A stretch of DNA of 64,000 nucleotides from Balanoglossus misakiensis (taxonomy: Eukaryota > Animalia > Hemichordata): assembly GCA_040954595.2 (NCBI GenBank), contig CM082579.2, forward strand, positions 11,273,625 through 11,337,624, given 5' to 3'. Below the pieces are notes generated by a model. The model was not told the DNA's origin, ran no database searches, and saw nothing but the letters and a program-made list of their open reading frames with translations. Shown here one piece after another: positions 13,216 to 29,100 of this stretch (positions are counted from its first letter, which is position 1; each line of letters opens with the position of its first letter). The position numbers and the translations under genes are program-made.

Positions 13216-16200
13216 AGAATGGCACACCAGTTATATCAAGTTTCGCCTTGGGGTTTATCTTTCTAGTTTGAAAAGCCAAGGTGCGAGACTAGACGGTGCC
13301 CAACATACAACTTTTGCAGAGCCTGAAAACGCCACTTGCATGTGTGCAGTAACAAGTGATTAGCAAGCACTTAAGGAAAGATGAGAATATATATATCACA
13401 GTAGCGCCTGGTGCCAGCGCACGACAAAACCGCTTCTATTCTCTATTGGTTGAAAGATAGAGTCACTGGATTCAAGCTTTTTTTTAATTTTCCTAGCCAT
13501 ATTTTAAACTGATGTGAAGTTTGTGTTTTTTTGCACAAAGCGAGCATATTTGTAACTGCAAATACCGACAAAGAGCTGGGAACATTTTGTCTCATACTCG
13601 TCTGTGACTCCTGGGAGACTAAGCATCTCCAACAAGTGTAAGAAATCTTATGCCAGGTCCTTAGCATTCTTCTTTCTCATATGACCACTAAACATCTTTA
13701 ATTTGCAGTACAAACGTAGATTTATTGACCGCATGACGCTTGTAGACCCTTCCTATTTACTACACACCGGACTATTGGATAGCATTACGCAGGCGTTAAT
13801 AAATTAAAGAATGTTTATTGTCCAATCAGCGTTCGTGTCATATTACTCGGGGAGTAAGTTGCGAGATCGATTTATGTCACACAGTCGATCCCACACTCCT
13901 CGCGGTCGGATTTGGGAGAACATATTCTTAATAAATCAAAACTGCTCCAAAACTGGAAGTTGTGTCGATCATGAACACACCGAAAAGCAGCGGCGTAAAA
14001 GCCAGGTGTGATAAAATGTTTTCCATATGATGCCAATTACCTGCAGAACAACTTATTGATATGTATTTCTACATACATGTGTGTGGTGGGGTAGTACATA
14101 CACTACAGTATCGTATGAGTTGATTGAAATTAAACTGTGAGATAAATGTAATGTCAATTATGACTTAATCGTTTCTAAAAATTGCAAACTCAATCACTTG
14201 AATAGACATATTATGAATCTATTACTAACTTGGCTTCAATACCATTATTCCAACAGTTCAATGCGTATCATGTGGGCGTAAGAGTTTTACAGTACAGTTT
14301 TAACTCCCAACTTTCTGCCACACACTCCATTCTATAACTAAGAGATAAGCTTAAATGAAAATAAAAATATATAATGACAGAACAGTTTAAAAAAATGAAA
14401 AGTAAAGGATAGGTTGAGCGGATTTCCAACCCTGCTGCCAACTTCACCTGTACCATATATGTCCGGTGTTCATCAGTAGACATACATATTGTATGACATG
14501 ACAGCGATTGATATCTCCATACAAATGCTGGATTCTCCTTGCATGTAGGCAAGATGCCTTGAAATACACATTCTAATTCTAATCCTTTGAAGGTTTTCAC
14601 GTAAATGGTCAGTCCACAATAGGTCACTCGAGATGTAAGTTCTTCTCCTTGCAAGCTCAGCTTACGTTAGGAATGCTTAGCGTGACGTAAGACTTGATAC
14701 AGTTACGACCTGATACATACATAGCCCAAACAAGGAACGAGCTGGGAAGAAGGTTGCATTTATTATATTACACATCAAGTATACTGATGGTGCAAATAGA
14801 GCGACCTGGTTAATCGACACACGAGGTGCTATATTTGTCATATACCATGGATGGATAGTTTCAAAGAGACCCTGTATGTGAATTGAAGATTTGCAATGAA
14901 TAAAATACGTATGCTGCTTCAACTTAGACCATAAGCACGCGTATTCCTCGCTGGGTCGGTAATCCTGAGCGATGATACTCTGTTTGAATGTCCAAATCCC
15001 GATTGGAGCAGATACCTAAATGATATCCAGTAATTGTACCAAAAGGAGAAGAACATTTGACTCAGCTATAGCGTATATACTAGAACATGATAACTTGTAT
15101 GTTTCAAGTCATTAAAAACAACAATTACTGAACAATTTCATCAACTTTGTAAAGTTGCGTATCGTTCTTATCATCATGTAAATTATTTCTCCCAACTCTG
15201 GTTCACAGCAACAGAGTGTTCATTTGTGATGAAAAGCGCGCCAACATTTACTTGCAGGGCATGAGAATGATCATTAATGAATATTCATACGTCGTACCAC
15301 GAGATTGTGACCACTTCGACCCCCTATATGCAGTCGCAGCTGCTCGTGCGTATAGTCCCGAATTGTTCAAAATCTCGTGGTAAGCTTATAAATGTCCCGG
15401 GGGTGTTTTATCGCTTGAATATAATATAGCATCGATATATACAATGTCTCCATTGGGCATTAGTTATATCGAGGCATTTTGGTTTGATGCCTGTAAACGT
15501 AGTCTGTCTTCGGTGCAGATACAATTCCGTATTGTTCAGCATTGAGGTTTCTCTTGACATCCACAACTGGCATACTGTTCCCAAGAAGCAATGTTTGCGT
15601 ATTCCTGGTGTGTTAATAAAAGGACCCAAACAGACCAAGATGCAATTATAATTGTTGTTACAGACTTAATATGTACTTGTGATTTGAGGGTGTGGATGTA
15701 CTTGTACCAGGAAAATCCATGATTCGCGAGTAGGGTGCCGTAATCAGAGAAGCACAGTAGGTGGAAGTTGTAACTTTACTTGAAAGTAGTATGCGCCTCG
15801 GGGACTGATATTCAGAAAATAACCTCCCAATTCTTTGCGATATCAATGCGTGTGGAGAGTCTTATTCTTGTGAAGATAGTACAGACAGCTTATTCACTTG
15901 AGAACGACACTATAGCGTATATAATACACTTTATGTAGGTTGCAACGGGATTATATAATTATTTATGTTATAGGAATATTTTCCGGGTACATTGTCAGTG
16001 CAGCTCTAATAACCGATTTCACTGCATCGCCAGAGGAAAAAAACTTGACTATTACAGTTCGATATTTATCAATAGTGAGTGAACAGAAACTCGGCTTCAC
16101 AACGCAATGATTATAGTACTGAACCTGGGGAGATTTCACTGGTTTAACAGTTGCCATCAAATGTTGATCATTAAACAAAAGAATGGACTTAATCATGTGC

Positions 16201-19200
16201 GGCAAAACAACTGGCTTAACGTATGCAGGCATGGATGGGAGTCGCGCAAGATTACTGGGATCACGTTATGTTCAAGCAATCCTTCTCCAATATGAGAGAG
16301 AATACAGCACTCTATTGACAAATCGAACGGCTCGTTATGAGTTGTGTCCGCACGAAGCAGTACAGTCAATACCGTCTCTGTGTATTCTCATTGTTTGGTT
16401 TTTGGTTAACTAAGTCATATTTCAGAAGTGCTCACACGAGCCAATGTAATGAACACTGGCGTATGATTAAAAGTAGCTTTGTGTGTGGCATGTATTGATT
16501 GCAAATAAGAACAGTGTTCGAACTATTCTGTGAAACCGAAAAAGATTTGATTTGTCTCGCCGCGCTCTATTATAAGTCACAAAAGAGTGTGATCGCGGAT
16601 GAGATAGCGCCACAAAAAGAAAAAAAGACAGACTGTCACAATTATCTGCTCTTCCGTATTTCACATCTTGAAAGCCGCTACAAATCATGAGGTATCTGTC
16701 TGATATGAAGGAGCCAAACGACAAACCAGGTGTTGCACGTGTTTTCAAATGAGAGGTCACGGAATTCTTTTAGTTTGCTTTCACAGAAGTAAATCGCCTT
16801 TCATTTTGTGGCCTGTCTATCATGTACATTGTACTTCTAACTTAATCTTTGGACGTTGTACGCATAACACGAATAATAATTTGTTCTACAGAATTTGTTT
16901 CACACAAAAATTATTTGACATTTACAAAATTGCCTTTTACATGAAGAAGAGACTGACTTCATTGGACAGCAAACTGATTTTTACCCGAAATCGTGCTATG
17001 GAAAACACGGTATATCATACAACAGCATGTGAGCATACGTTGGCATGTTGAGTATCACGTAAACTAGAATCCGTGTGTGTTATTGTAATTGGAGATGGAA
17101 TTAATGTAAAGGCCTTGCAATGTAAGATGAATAAAGGACAAGAAGAGAGACGTATGTTAGCAGGAACACAAAAAGCCATTTTACTGGACATCTGAAGAAG
17201 ATAGACATCGTCACATCAAATATAAATGAAGTGGAGTAATTGCACAATGACGGATAATTTGTACCGCCTTGATTCTCGTCAGTAACTCCGACCAGAATAT
17301 TAGAATTTATAGCTTAAAGAGTTCTTCGAGATATTTTATTGCAATCTACATTATGAGTGATAGACTTCAACCAACATTACACTGATTTTAAGAGCCCATC
17401 CGGGGCCAATATCCGTTTCTTTCACGTCATTACGTTCATCTCTTGTTAAGAATTCACATAAAAACATCGTATGTTAACAACGTTATAGAGAGAACAGAAA
17501 GATAACGCATGATATTATGTGACGTGTAATTGATAATTCGCTTGATTCTCTCCAACCCTGAAATGACAGATTATAGAGCTATACTGATAGCGGTTGTAGG
17601 TGAAGAAGTGCACTTTAAACATCCCAGAAATTCTAATTGCACATCATCCGCTGGGAAAGATTCGGCTAATTGAAGTAGTTAGTCTTCGCGTCAGGACATT
17701 TTGAGCAAAGTACGAGAGAAGCTATCGCCCAGCACATACAGCGGTCTATTGTGAAGCGATCATAGGTCAAATTAATGTCACGTGACATGCGTCATTTAAC
17801 TGCCGGGCAACAGTTCCCACAACTGTTGACCAGGTACTAATACGCATGCGCGCTCTTCCCTGAATGTGGAAAATGTAAATGTTCGTATGTTTGCCGTTGA
17901 ATAATAAACAAAGAGGGTAAATGGCCCGCTGTGCGAAAGTACATTGCTGTCTGCAAACTGGCCACTGTTTACGATAATCTGCCAGCAATGTACAAAACTG
18001 CTTAGTTATTCCGTAATACTCAGTGTTATACGTCTTTAACATTGATAGTGTATACATGTATTCACTCATGATGCTGGCATAGCGACAAACATCGATCAAT
18101 TATACAACATACACACATTTGAAGTATATTATTATAGTAGGGCCCGATACGCCAAACACATCATTTTAGGAATAAAAAATAATTGTTCACAATATATTTT
18201 TTATTTTGTAACGTAATGTACGCCTGTGCCCTGATTATATCTAAATATTTTTGTAACAAAAGGTGAGAATGATAATTAATGATTCTAATATCCTTATGTA
18301 TTTTGCGCCCATTTGATGGCATTATTTGTGTTGATTGGGTTTTAATGTAATCTAGTGTAGTAGCATTTGGCTTGTGTTGATTTTGACTGTGACTAAGATT
18401 GGGGAAATGTATATGCAGTTTTTGAAGTAGTGCATTGTTACTTACCCGAACGTGCATTACTCCATGCAACTTTAAGATGTAGCGCCCTTAGGTTGATAAA
18501 GAAGTCTTCACAAATCATGCTTTCAAGTTTCTGAGTTTTTCCAGGCGCTAAGCTTCAATGACCGTCTCCAAGTATTGGGTGAGAATAAGCTTAAATTAAC
18601 GCAAACATCATGGTTTCCACATAAAAACACATCGAAGACAACATGCAGCGCAAAGACATCAAATAATTATAGTTTTCACGTTCAGTTTACAATAATTCCA
18701 TGGCTAGTCCATTTCTATCAACTTCATTTACGTCGAGTGGGAAGTAATGTGAAGGCAAACTAATGGTACCCGTCTACAGGTATCGAAGAAGATGAAACAT
18801 TCTCCGGCACTGGTCACATTTATAAGCGCAGCACACACGCTCATACAGTTCGTTTGGCAAATTAGGCCTATTCCGATAAAAGGGTCAGCACTTACAGGGT
18901 TATTTCAAACAGAGTGAGCCATTTGCTGATATACAATGTTACAACATCACATTTTTTCGTCCGGGTGCATTATTATCTGAAGGTTTCGTCGTTTAAGGTT
19001 CCGCGTGTCTTTCAACCTGAGATGAAACCAACTAGTTATAGGTATCAGACATAACCATAGTCCTGTCACGAGCCTTGTGAAACGAGGCCAGGGTACTGTT
19101 TTGCAGAGACTTTGTACTGACTTCATATCTGTACACACGCAAGCATAAAGTACTTATTCACTAGATCTGAAGTTGGCTTACAGAACTGACGAAAGCCAAA

Positions 19201-19954
19201 CGCTGATATAGTGGCAATGGCAGGAAAATATATAACCCTTATAATGCTATGACGTGTACTGTAAGGAGAAATACTAGTGATGTGAAAATTCAACTCTATT
19301 GATTAAATGATATGAAGATAGAACTAGGAACTCAAACACCGAAATTATGATACCATATAACTCATTATAACATTCAAATGTGACGTTTAGTTTGATACTT
19401 TTATTGTTCTTCGCTACTTTCATTCAGTATCCACGTATACATACTTCATTTAGTATAAATGACATGGACCACAGCTAGTTATAGACTAGTTCCTATCAAC
19501 GTTTTTGTGATCGTCTCTCTTGAATTACACGTGCGTCAACATGTCACCATTTCCCTCCAATATGTACCTGTGCTACCTACACTTTTTTTTTAATTTATGG
19601 CGAAAGATACAAAACTTTAATAATAATTAAATGTCGTGAAAATACAACTCTAACAATGAAATGACGTGAACATCGAAGTTTAATGATGAAATGACGCAAA
19701 TATGACGCATTAGATTGTAACGTTAAACTCGACAAAATAAATTGGAATGTCTAACATTTGAAATCGATATCGTATTAGTACAGTGGAGCAGTGACCTTTC
19801 TGGTAAACACAAAAACAGCTGGTCAGCCGACCAAAACAAAATTGAAAAACAATGTGACTCATTAAAAGACTTTTAAAAAGTGACTAAGTATGCAGAAGTT
19901 AGATTAATATTTGGTAAACTACTTTGAAGTTTGAGCGACGTCGAGAAGTATGCA

Positions 19955-20136
19955 TTAACGGTCACCTACGCAAATTTAGCTAAAGTTACCATGGCAATTT
20001 GAGATCTAACCAATCACAGATTTTCAGTGGGTGGCACACACAGAAAAAAGAGCGCCGTCATATGTTCTTTAGAACACTCAAATACGCCATTTTTGATATG
20101 GGCGTACGTAAATTGGAGGTGAGTGTATGCCCATAA
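19955..20136 (+). mobile_element. TTAA-type MITE, family A copy 1 (diverged)
   Basis: Aligns along its length with the reverse complement of 39211-39406 (shared ggtcacc...gcaaat...ccaatcac...gggtg.cacac...gaacac...gtaaatt.gaggtga). Confidence 0.7.
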
Positions 20137-23100
20137 GTTTTGGTTTTGAACCTCTGAAGAACCGTTTTGACTTAATCGGAATGTACTCTAGAATCCAGTC
20201 GGGCGTTCACGTGAGGCCTTGCATGGAATGGGATTTCAGCTGAATTCTGGGCCGCATTCGAAACTAAGTTGAACAGTAACTCGAAACACAGGGACATTTT
20301 GTGTGGAGGGGCGCTTATACCAGTACATTCACTGACTGTTCAACGAACGGTCATGCAGCAATTTTGTAAAGGATACCAAAGACATTACATGTATACAATG
20401 TACTTGTGGAAGTTGTGCGCGTGCGCGCTGACTACGTTGAGAATGTGAATGAACGCACAATACTAATTGAAAATTTTAGTTATAATACCTCATAATACTT
20501 TATGAAGTGAATTTCATAAAATGTTGGAATCTTTAATGCAGAGTGCGTTTATTCTTTATCTCTGTTGCGCATGAGCAGTGCTACATAATTATATGGCTTG
20601 ATGACCCCCCATTAGTTTGCAACTGAAGTCACCAGAAAAAATACTAAGAATTACAGCTGCTGAGATTTGTAACAACTTGACATTTTCGATGTTTGTACAT
20701 GGACATGTACATGTACTGAGCTTATTCAATGATATAGCTGTGTATTTTAACTGCATTTATTGGTGCCAACTTATTCTTAACAAAATTTTAATCTAACGGC
20801 ATTCCATATCTATGTTTTATATTTTTGAATTGTTAAATAACCGGAAGTCCATACAGGTGTATAGTTGGCTTGTTCCAATAGAGATGTTTACCAACAATCG
20901 CTCTATTATTCTTTTCCATTGTTTCTTGATGACACCTCGGGTTCTGGTATATCGATGTCAACCGTACAGTCTGGTGTATTTATTTCTGGCATTCCGTAGT
21001 ATTTTTTACAATTTCAAAATGAATAGGCACCACATAAAACAATTGCGCTTAAAAAAGACCTGTTTTAATAATAAAAAGCTACACAACATAACTGGATAAT
21101 ATGGTGATTTTATGTTGATGTCTTCATATTTGTGAGGTAAAGGCAGTTTAATATATCCGACCGCAAATATAAAGTATTTCTTATACGAATAGCTTAAGGC
21201 TGCGATCATTCAAGTTGTGTTTTATTTGAGCTTTTCTTTTCAAATGATGTGACATATGTATATACATTTGTATACATATTGCTCATTTGACACTTTTCAT
21301 AAGACGTTTAGTCACGCATTGTTACAGCAAATAAGGTCACATTCAATTAATTTTAATATCGGTTAGCTACAGTATCCATCACAGATGAAAAGTCTAATTT
21401 AGATACCCAGACACAGGTTATACCTTTGATATGCAATACTAACACAAAAAAAAGAATCGTTATGGGTAGAACTTCGAATTTAAGAAGCATAACTGTGATG
21501 TCTGCTACAAATTGAATCACTCATTATTCGCGTAATGATGCAATAAATTCCTGCTGCCATGAGTCGTTTTACGAAAATGTATTAATTATGAAGGTTAAAA
21601 GAGATTAACTCGTTAAAATCCCCAAGGATACGTATTTGATGTCGGTAGTGAATGACTGATGCTACACCTATGCCAATGACTTCAACTGGACAGAAGATTG
21701 AGCTAAGTTGATGTTAAATTTTGTTTTACAATGTAATTTTGTTAATAAAGTTATCATTCATAAAGCTTTAGTAATCTCGTTACAAGTCGAATCATTCGAC
21801 ACTATTGTTGTGGGATAAAGTCATAATACTATTAAAACGAAAAGTTAAACCCTTAAAAGCTTTTATTTGAGCTATCCATTTTCCTTACTTTCAATTTGCT
21901 GGCGCGCTAATGTGCGAAAACTTAATGCATCATTAGGTGATCGCCTTAAAAGGCGTGATTGAGAAGCAGTCGACCATTTAATACTGCCCGTACTATGCAT
22001 AGCGCCAGTGTAGCGATTCAGCGTTCTGCGCTCATCGATACGTCACCAGGGAATTGTTTGATGTATTGCCAGCCACCAACACCTCATAATCACCTACTAC
22101 GCCAGACTTGTTGCAACGTCAAATCAGCTTGATCGCTTCATACGTCTACCTGTACCACGAATATGATATATACCTCCATGCCTCTTGCATAGGCTCGGTG
22201 TTAAACTTTATGGCTAATTGAAAGTGCGTTGAAGTCAGGTTGAAAGCCGCGCGGTGTATTAAAGCTTACGTCTGCGCGTTAAATCCGGATTAGCAATCCA
22301 ATTGCGCATTGCTGTGTTTCCAGGACAACCGTAAAACGAGGGCATTTTCGGGCGTTTTATGTCATGTCACATGACAGGCGGGCTCCAGCTGAAATTTTGG
22401 TCTGTACTCATCATGAGCGTTGTTTCATTATTTCAAATACGTTCGGCAACCTGTGAAATTCAATGTTCACACAAATACTGCCAGTAACAAATGATTTGTC
22501 ACTGACAGGAACCACAGCATACCGGTATATCACAGCTGTTTCCTCGTTTTCCTTTATATCCATAAGACTTAGTAATCTCACGACATTTATAAAGTACAGA
22601 AGTATTTAGTATAAGCCTTAAATGTTAAACATCCATCACAATTATTCATTATATTTGACGATGCTTTGAAGTGTGCGTTGTGCAGTATATCATAGATTGT
22701 AGTCGCCTTAAAATATTCCCATGGACTTCACACACTCACAGAATTATACCAATGTACGTAACCCCAGATTTTCTAATTTTCGGTAGAACCGAAATTTTAT
22801 TATAAGTGAGTGATTAATGGTCAAACTTTATAGTTAAAAAGTATTCATGTCGACAGTTTTCACAATGAATTCTTTCGGTTTTATAAAACGATATCCAAGA
22901 CGAGGGCTACCGTTTCCAACAAGTTAATAACCGCAGGGTGGATTTATTAAAGCTGAAACTGTATTTTCTGGTATCCTGCATACAAATCTATCCAAAATTA
23001 CAAGTATCTGAAATAATAAGTATACATCAAGCACATCACCCGAACCTGATGCAATGGCAGAATGTCCACACTCGCTTCACAAAGCACACTAGCATTTTGA

Positions 23101-26100
23101 GACAAGAATTGCCAATGCAGATGAATAGACAATACAGGGAAGTTTGGAGACTTCAATGAGTATAAGCTATGATTGAATATAAGCTCACTACCGTTGTCTT
23201 TCAGAATAAAACGCTCACCATAGCGTTCCAGCCACATTATATATGACAAAACCGGTTACACGCTCAGTTGAATATTTTTAAAATGGTATTAAAAGTCGTT
23301 TCATGATATTCAGTTTACTAAGGAAGCGTTCAGTGTTGTTACGGTGGAGGGGTGAACGTCCTCAATTTTGAAGCCGCTGAGAGAGACACTTAATTTTCAG
23401 CAATGTCCACTCCTGAAGTCACTCCTGAAAGTAGTCTACAGATCCATATCATGTGTTTTGTTATAGTAATATGTTTCTCCATGTGTCAGTTGGTACATGC
23501 CATTGACACAGTATATAACTGGGTTGTCGCAGTGCTACTGGGAGTCTTTCATATGCTCTAGGACTCTGCCATATGTTGCCAAACACACTGACAAAATGAC
23601 ACAAAGAACAATAATGTCAAAATTTACCCGTGAGGGGGACATCGTAATTTTGTCATCTTCAAAGGCTAGGAGACCATCCAATTCGATGTGTGTGTGGGGG
23701 GGGGGAGGGGCTCATTCGTTTTCGGCGTGACAATATGATTTTGCTATTCTATTCACGAGATGGGTTAGCGGGGACTATGTCATCGACTTTGACCTGTTTT
23801 GATATTATCTGACCTGTAAGGCAAATCCTGACATCTAATGTTTTGTGACAGTTTACACGGATTACACGGCACTGACGAGAAAATAAAATGACGAGTGAAA
23901 CAGACATTGTGGCTTATCGTAGCATCACTGCAACCCATAAAATAGCATTAGTATTTCATTAGTAAAACGGTAATTCATCACATACATTTCACCATTATCT
24001 TATCAAGCAGATCCTCCCCTGCAGATCCTACATGTATCGATGAGACAAGCCTACGTACACCTCGCATTACTTCACCCTTTATCGGGAAGTAAAGAGCCAC
24101 TGGCGATTACTTGGTCGTACGTTTGAAATCAAGATTTTACGGTTATGTTGACTTTAATTTCAAAGGTTATTTATCCAGTTTATTTCATTCAAGTTTTGCT
24201 CCGGTTGGCAGTGATGTGATTATCATTGAGATGCGCGTAAATGATGCTACACCTGAAAGAAGATTGTTATGACATTTATTATTACGGCGATGAGCTATCT
24301 GCAGGTCTCCAAATTAAATCTGGGGTCAGCGGTCATCTGTTAAACGATTTATTGACGGTTTCATATCAGAAGCCTCGGAGACGACGTACTATTTGAAGTA
24401 TCAGAATTGACATTACTTACCCTCCCACGTTCCTTTGTAGTTTTGCTGTATATCAAGGCCAGGTTTGAACACTACATGTATGTAGTCGGTGCACCAGTCG
24501 AATGGTAGCTTTAATACCTGTGTGTGTAAAACCTTGTGTATAACATAACTATGGTGATCTAACACCCCGAAGAAATATAAACTCAACATTTACAATGTAA
24601 ATGCAAACAAATAATATTAATTGTCTCCGTTTTATCTTCGGTTGTTAAATTAAATAATTGTCGCGACTTTATTTTTTGTCATATTGTATCACATCATATG
24701 TTCATGAAACTAAGCGGTGTACGATGAATCGTGATTATTAAGGTATATGTCGTCGATATGTGGAATATTAATTTGGCGCTTTCATTGAATAAAGGTGATG
24801 CTGGAACAGTTGCGTGGGGTATAACATTTCTGACGCTCGTGCGAATATGTCCAATTCATGAAATATTAAGCGGTTTCATTTATCTTAGAGAATGATAGAT
24901 ATGGCAATACAATGTCATGAATGTGATATGTTGTTCACGCCTGCAAGTTCATTGGGAAAATCAGGTACAGCTGTACTTTTTGTGATCGAACAATTCTTGT
25001 ATATCGGCATGCACATTAGAAGCTACCAACAAACACACATGCCAAATTTACTATTTAATTTACACACGACTCTATTAAACCGATTAGTCCGTAGCAACGT
25101 GAGGAGATATCCTCTCCTTGGCGGATTAGCTTGACCTAAGATGACACTATTCCCTTTATAGTATAAGTAGTTATAATTGCACAGATGCAGCCTATATGCT
25201 GAGTAATAGGCATAATCTGACACTTCTTTAAATTGAAATTAAGATGATAGGAGCACTCCACTCAAGCGAGGCATCAATGCCGTTCTGTGGAGACCCTTGA
25301 ATATTGTCGATAACTGTGCAACACGTAAAATCGCCCGCCAACTAAACCTGATATACGAGAACATTGAGAATACGAATGTTCCACGTACGTATATAGACCG
25401 TCTATCTTATGAAACCCCTCGGAGTTCTTCAACAAACGCTCTGTTTTTCTGCCAGTCAGCTTCAACTTCAATGAATGGGGTGTTTGTGGAAAACGGTTTA
25501 AAGAGTCTCAGAAAAATCCAGGCATGTGACGTCAAATTGCCCAACACTGTGTCAGAGTCTCCGAACGTGTTTCGTGCAAACTTTCAGTTGCCGTAGAGTA
25601 CAGCCGCCCCCACTATAGAATTATAACACACGCACATGGCAGTGACGCTGACTCTGTAACTTGTCACTCGCGCTTATGACGAATTAATTAGCCTGTGGCA
25701 GATCGCCTGGTAGTTTTCCAGTTAAAAATGACATGTTAAAATATAATCTAAGCATCGACACGTTATCCGGCTCTTTCATTGGACAGAGACTGTTAATGTT
25801 TTAGAACATTGGACGTAGAAGCCGAGAGAAATATTGTCAATTTCTGTATAACTAATTATTATAATATTATACCATTACATGAAGAAAATTTAACACGTAA
25901 AAATCGATTCTTACTAAGCTCAGGAACTTCGTGTATATATTAGTGTACATTGGAAGTTGTGTTGGGCTGAACGACATATCGTTAAATTATAGGCATATCT
26001 ACCGATTTACAACACGGTATTTCAAACATTGACATTGTATATAAGAAAAACACACTTCTTGTTTCAACTAAAAGGGAAAACGTGTACTCCACGGTTACTT

Positions 26101-29100
26101 TGTTTTCTTTGGAGATAAATGTAATCAACTGAAAGCGCCAAACTCCAGAAATGTGTCAATTCTATGAATCTGTTTATCGCTGTTTATGCATTGCGAAATT
26201 TCATGAAAAGGTGGATGCCAAATCATCCAGTCCCCATGCACTCACGGCACTGCCATTACACACCTGTATATTTACAGATCATATGCATGTTGGAAGTTAA
26301 TCAATTGAATTTCATTAAATGTAATTTTTCCATTGTTCCAAGACATCTCCCAGCAAGTTTGATTTCTCATTTAAAAAAAACACCCACACAAATCCATTCA
26401 TTTCTTGACTCTTTCTTGTCGGTATTAAAGGGTCTTATCTGTAACTTCTGTCTAGTTTCTTCGGCATTTTTGTTCTGTATATCACCTACATCTTTGTTCT
26501 CTCCTCTATCTTAACCCAACATGCCAGGTTTTCTGAATGCCATGTGTATGTTTACCCATCATTGTTATTGTTAACAAATGAATTCTAATCGGGACATGAT
26601 TACACTTTTTGAGCAATATTAATTTAATGTCGGTATAGCTACAAACAAACATATCATTAACCTCTGACGTATGTGTTTGTTTTAATTGTGAATAAGTTGG
26701 ATAATAAACGGGTGATGCACTCTTTCATTCAGCCTCCCGCAACGCATATGCACATAAGAGAATAAATCTTCACAAATTCAAAATGGTGTCGTCCCTTGGC
26801 TTGATTTAAGTATTTCATCATTCAAAATACACTAAATGGGACGGGCCATGGCGCTTTAAAATTGGTGATGAATAGAAGCACTATACCGAAACTAAACACA
26901 CAGTCTGTCTTTTATGAAAACCAAACTGATTATCCCATTCTTTCAGATTTAGAATACGCTGTCGTCATTCAACAAAGTCCAGCCCACTCCGAAACCATTG
27001 TGTCGGCATTTAAATTTCCGCTTTGTAGACAAATTGGACGTTGTCTGTTCACTCAGAACTCGTCGTGACTTTGATAGGGCATAATTATTCTGGACATGAT
27101 CGTGTGCATTACTGTCTCAAGACGTTCACATCAAAACTCGAGACGGGGTAATAGCTTGATACGTTTGTGATCTGTTTTAATTACAGACTTCTTAAGTCTG
27201 TCAAATAATTTCATACCAAACATCTATATATCAATGGAAACCCATTTCCATAAAATCCCTTTCTATAAAATGAAAGATTTTGGACCCTATTATAAATACA
27301 TATACTGTTGAGAAATCCGTGGATCATTTTTTACATATCATCGAATTCTAAAAAGAAAATTGTAAAAAGCTAGAAAACCTGAGTATGGTTTTCGAGACTA
27401 TAAGTTTCGTCTGGTTGTTTGAAAATGTGATGGACTTCCGATTACCAGTTGTTGAGTCAAATAAGTAAAACATTTAAGACATGTCAAAACGATATACTGA
27501 GAAAATGTTTATTAAAGACAGGAAGTTGCTATATATTCTTTGTTAACATATTTTGTTCAAAGATTGATAACAGATGTCCAACGTGCATTATTGACGATTG
27601 TCCACTCCTAACGGCCAAGAAAAAGGAACAGAGTGGGGGCGGGGGGGGGGGGTTTCGATGGAAATATTCAAATATTGCGAACCTACATGTTACCTTGAAA
27701 CGGGAGTGACGCACAAACAGGAATAGGAAGATCTGATTTTTTTTTGGGGGGGGGGGGCGGATGCTACAGAATTTACATCGTTCTGACTAACGGAGAGTGA
27801 GTTTCATTAAAATCCCTGAAGTACTGAAGCAGTAAAATTGAAAATAATCCACCCTCCTATCTGTCTCGTGAATTTCTCAGCACCGTGGAACGTCTGATGC
27901 ACAACGGCCCGATTTCAATTTCAAGCCTGTTGGTTTTCTCATTTGCAACTCATTATGTCGATGTCACAGAAGTTCTAAATGAGGGGAAATCTCCAAGTTG
28001 CTGTTAACCTGCACAAAAAAATCAAATATTAATATTAATATCTACTTAATGATAAACCGAACAAGCGACAGAAACCGATATGGCTAAAACATCTAAAATA
28101 TGCATGAACAAATTGTGTTAACCAGCGTCAATTATCAGGTATGTCCAACAGTTCTAATCTATGTGTGTTTGGAATTGAAATGGCTTGGTTTATTTGGAGT
28201 GCAATATGACAAAACATTTCCTTGTTTAATCCGAATTTCTAGGTTCACATTGATAACGTATGTACAACATAAATATACGTGTAAGTTTTTCAACCCATAG
28301 ATTCCGAAGTTAAAGGCTTTTATTTATATATTATATGCGTCAACACTTTGCTAGGCCATCCTGAATGAACATTGTCAAATTATCTGTCATCGATTCTGAA
28401 ATATCTTTAAAGTCGATATCAAAGTGATTCTGGATGTCATTGTAGCTGGAAATTAGTGTATCCACTCTTGCATACTCTGTATCAGAATGTAACTGTGTCT
28501 GGCTAGCACAACTCATATTTTTTACACCGTGGCACTGAGTGACTTCAGGCCAGGGGCGATTTTCTGTTTCAAAACTCTTACCGCGATTTCCGCGTCCTAA
28601 TTTCATTGTTTAGTCCGGTAACTACTAAATAGTTGAGTCAATGTTTACTTTCAGTCAAATCTTTCCACTGCCATGTTTAAGATCATAGCACACACTGAGT
28701 CGTGCGATGTCTCGGATTTGGTGGATAATGTGTGATGGACGGCTACTATGTTCATTGAAATCAGTTCTGACATTGTTTCATCGAAAACGTACAGCTCTTT
28801 ATCTTGAGGCAAATTTCTGAACGCTTGTATCGTTTTTGTAAACAGCTCTGCTTCACTCGCTTGCTGGTGATTTGCCATGACAACTGCCAATTGTACGTGA
28901 TTATAAACCTTTGAAATACACGTTTTCCTTCAGTCTATATGAACCCTAAATTGAATTCAGGTTTCCGTCGAACGTGTTTGTCATCTTTCCGGGGATATTG
29001 CTTCATGCTAGGTTTTGACTTGGTTTCCAGCATTGCTTTCACTTTGCTGTGGCGTTTTATAGCAGAAAGATTTTGTTTCAAAATAACGGAAATTATCAAA

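Noticed and set aside
27876-27896. RE1/NRSE-like site CTCAGCACCGTGGAACG in the precursor intron
   Set aside because: Only the left half-site and GGA match; the right half departs from consensus, and REST's presence in this lineage is not established.
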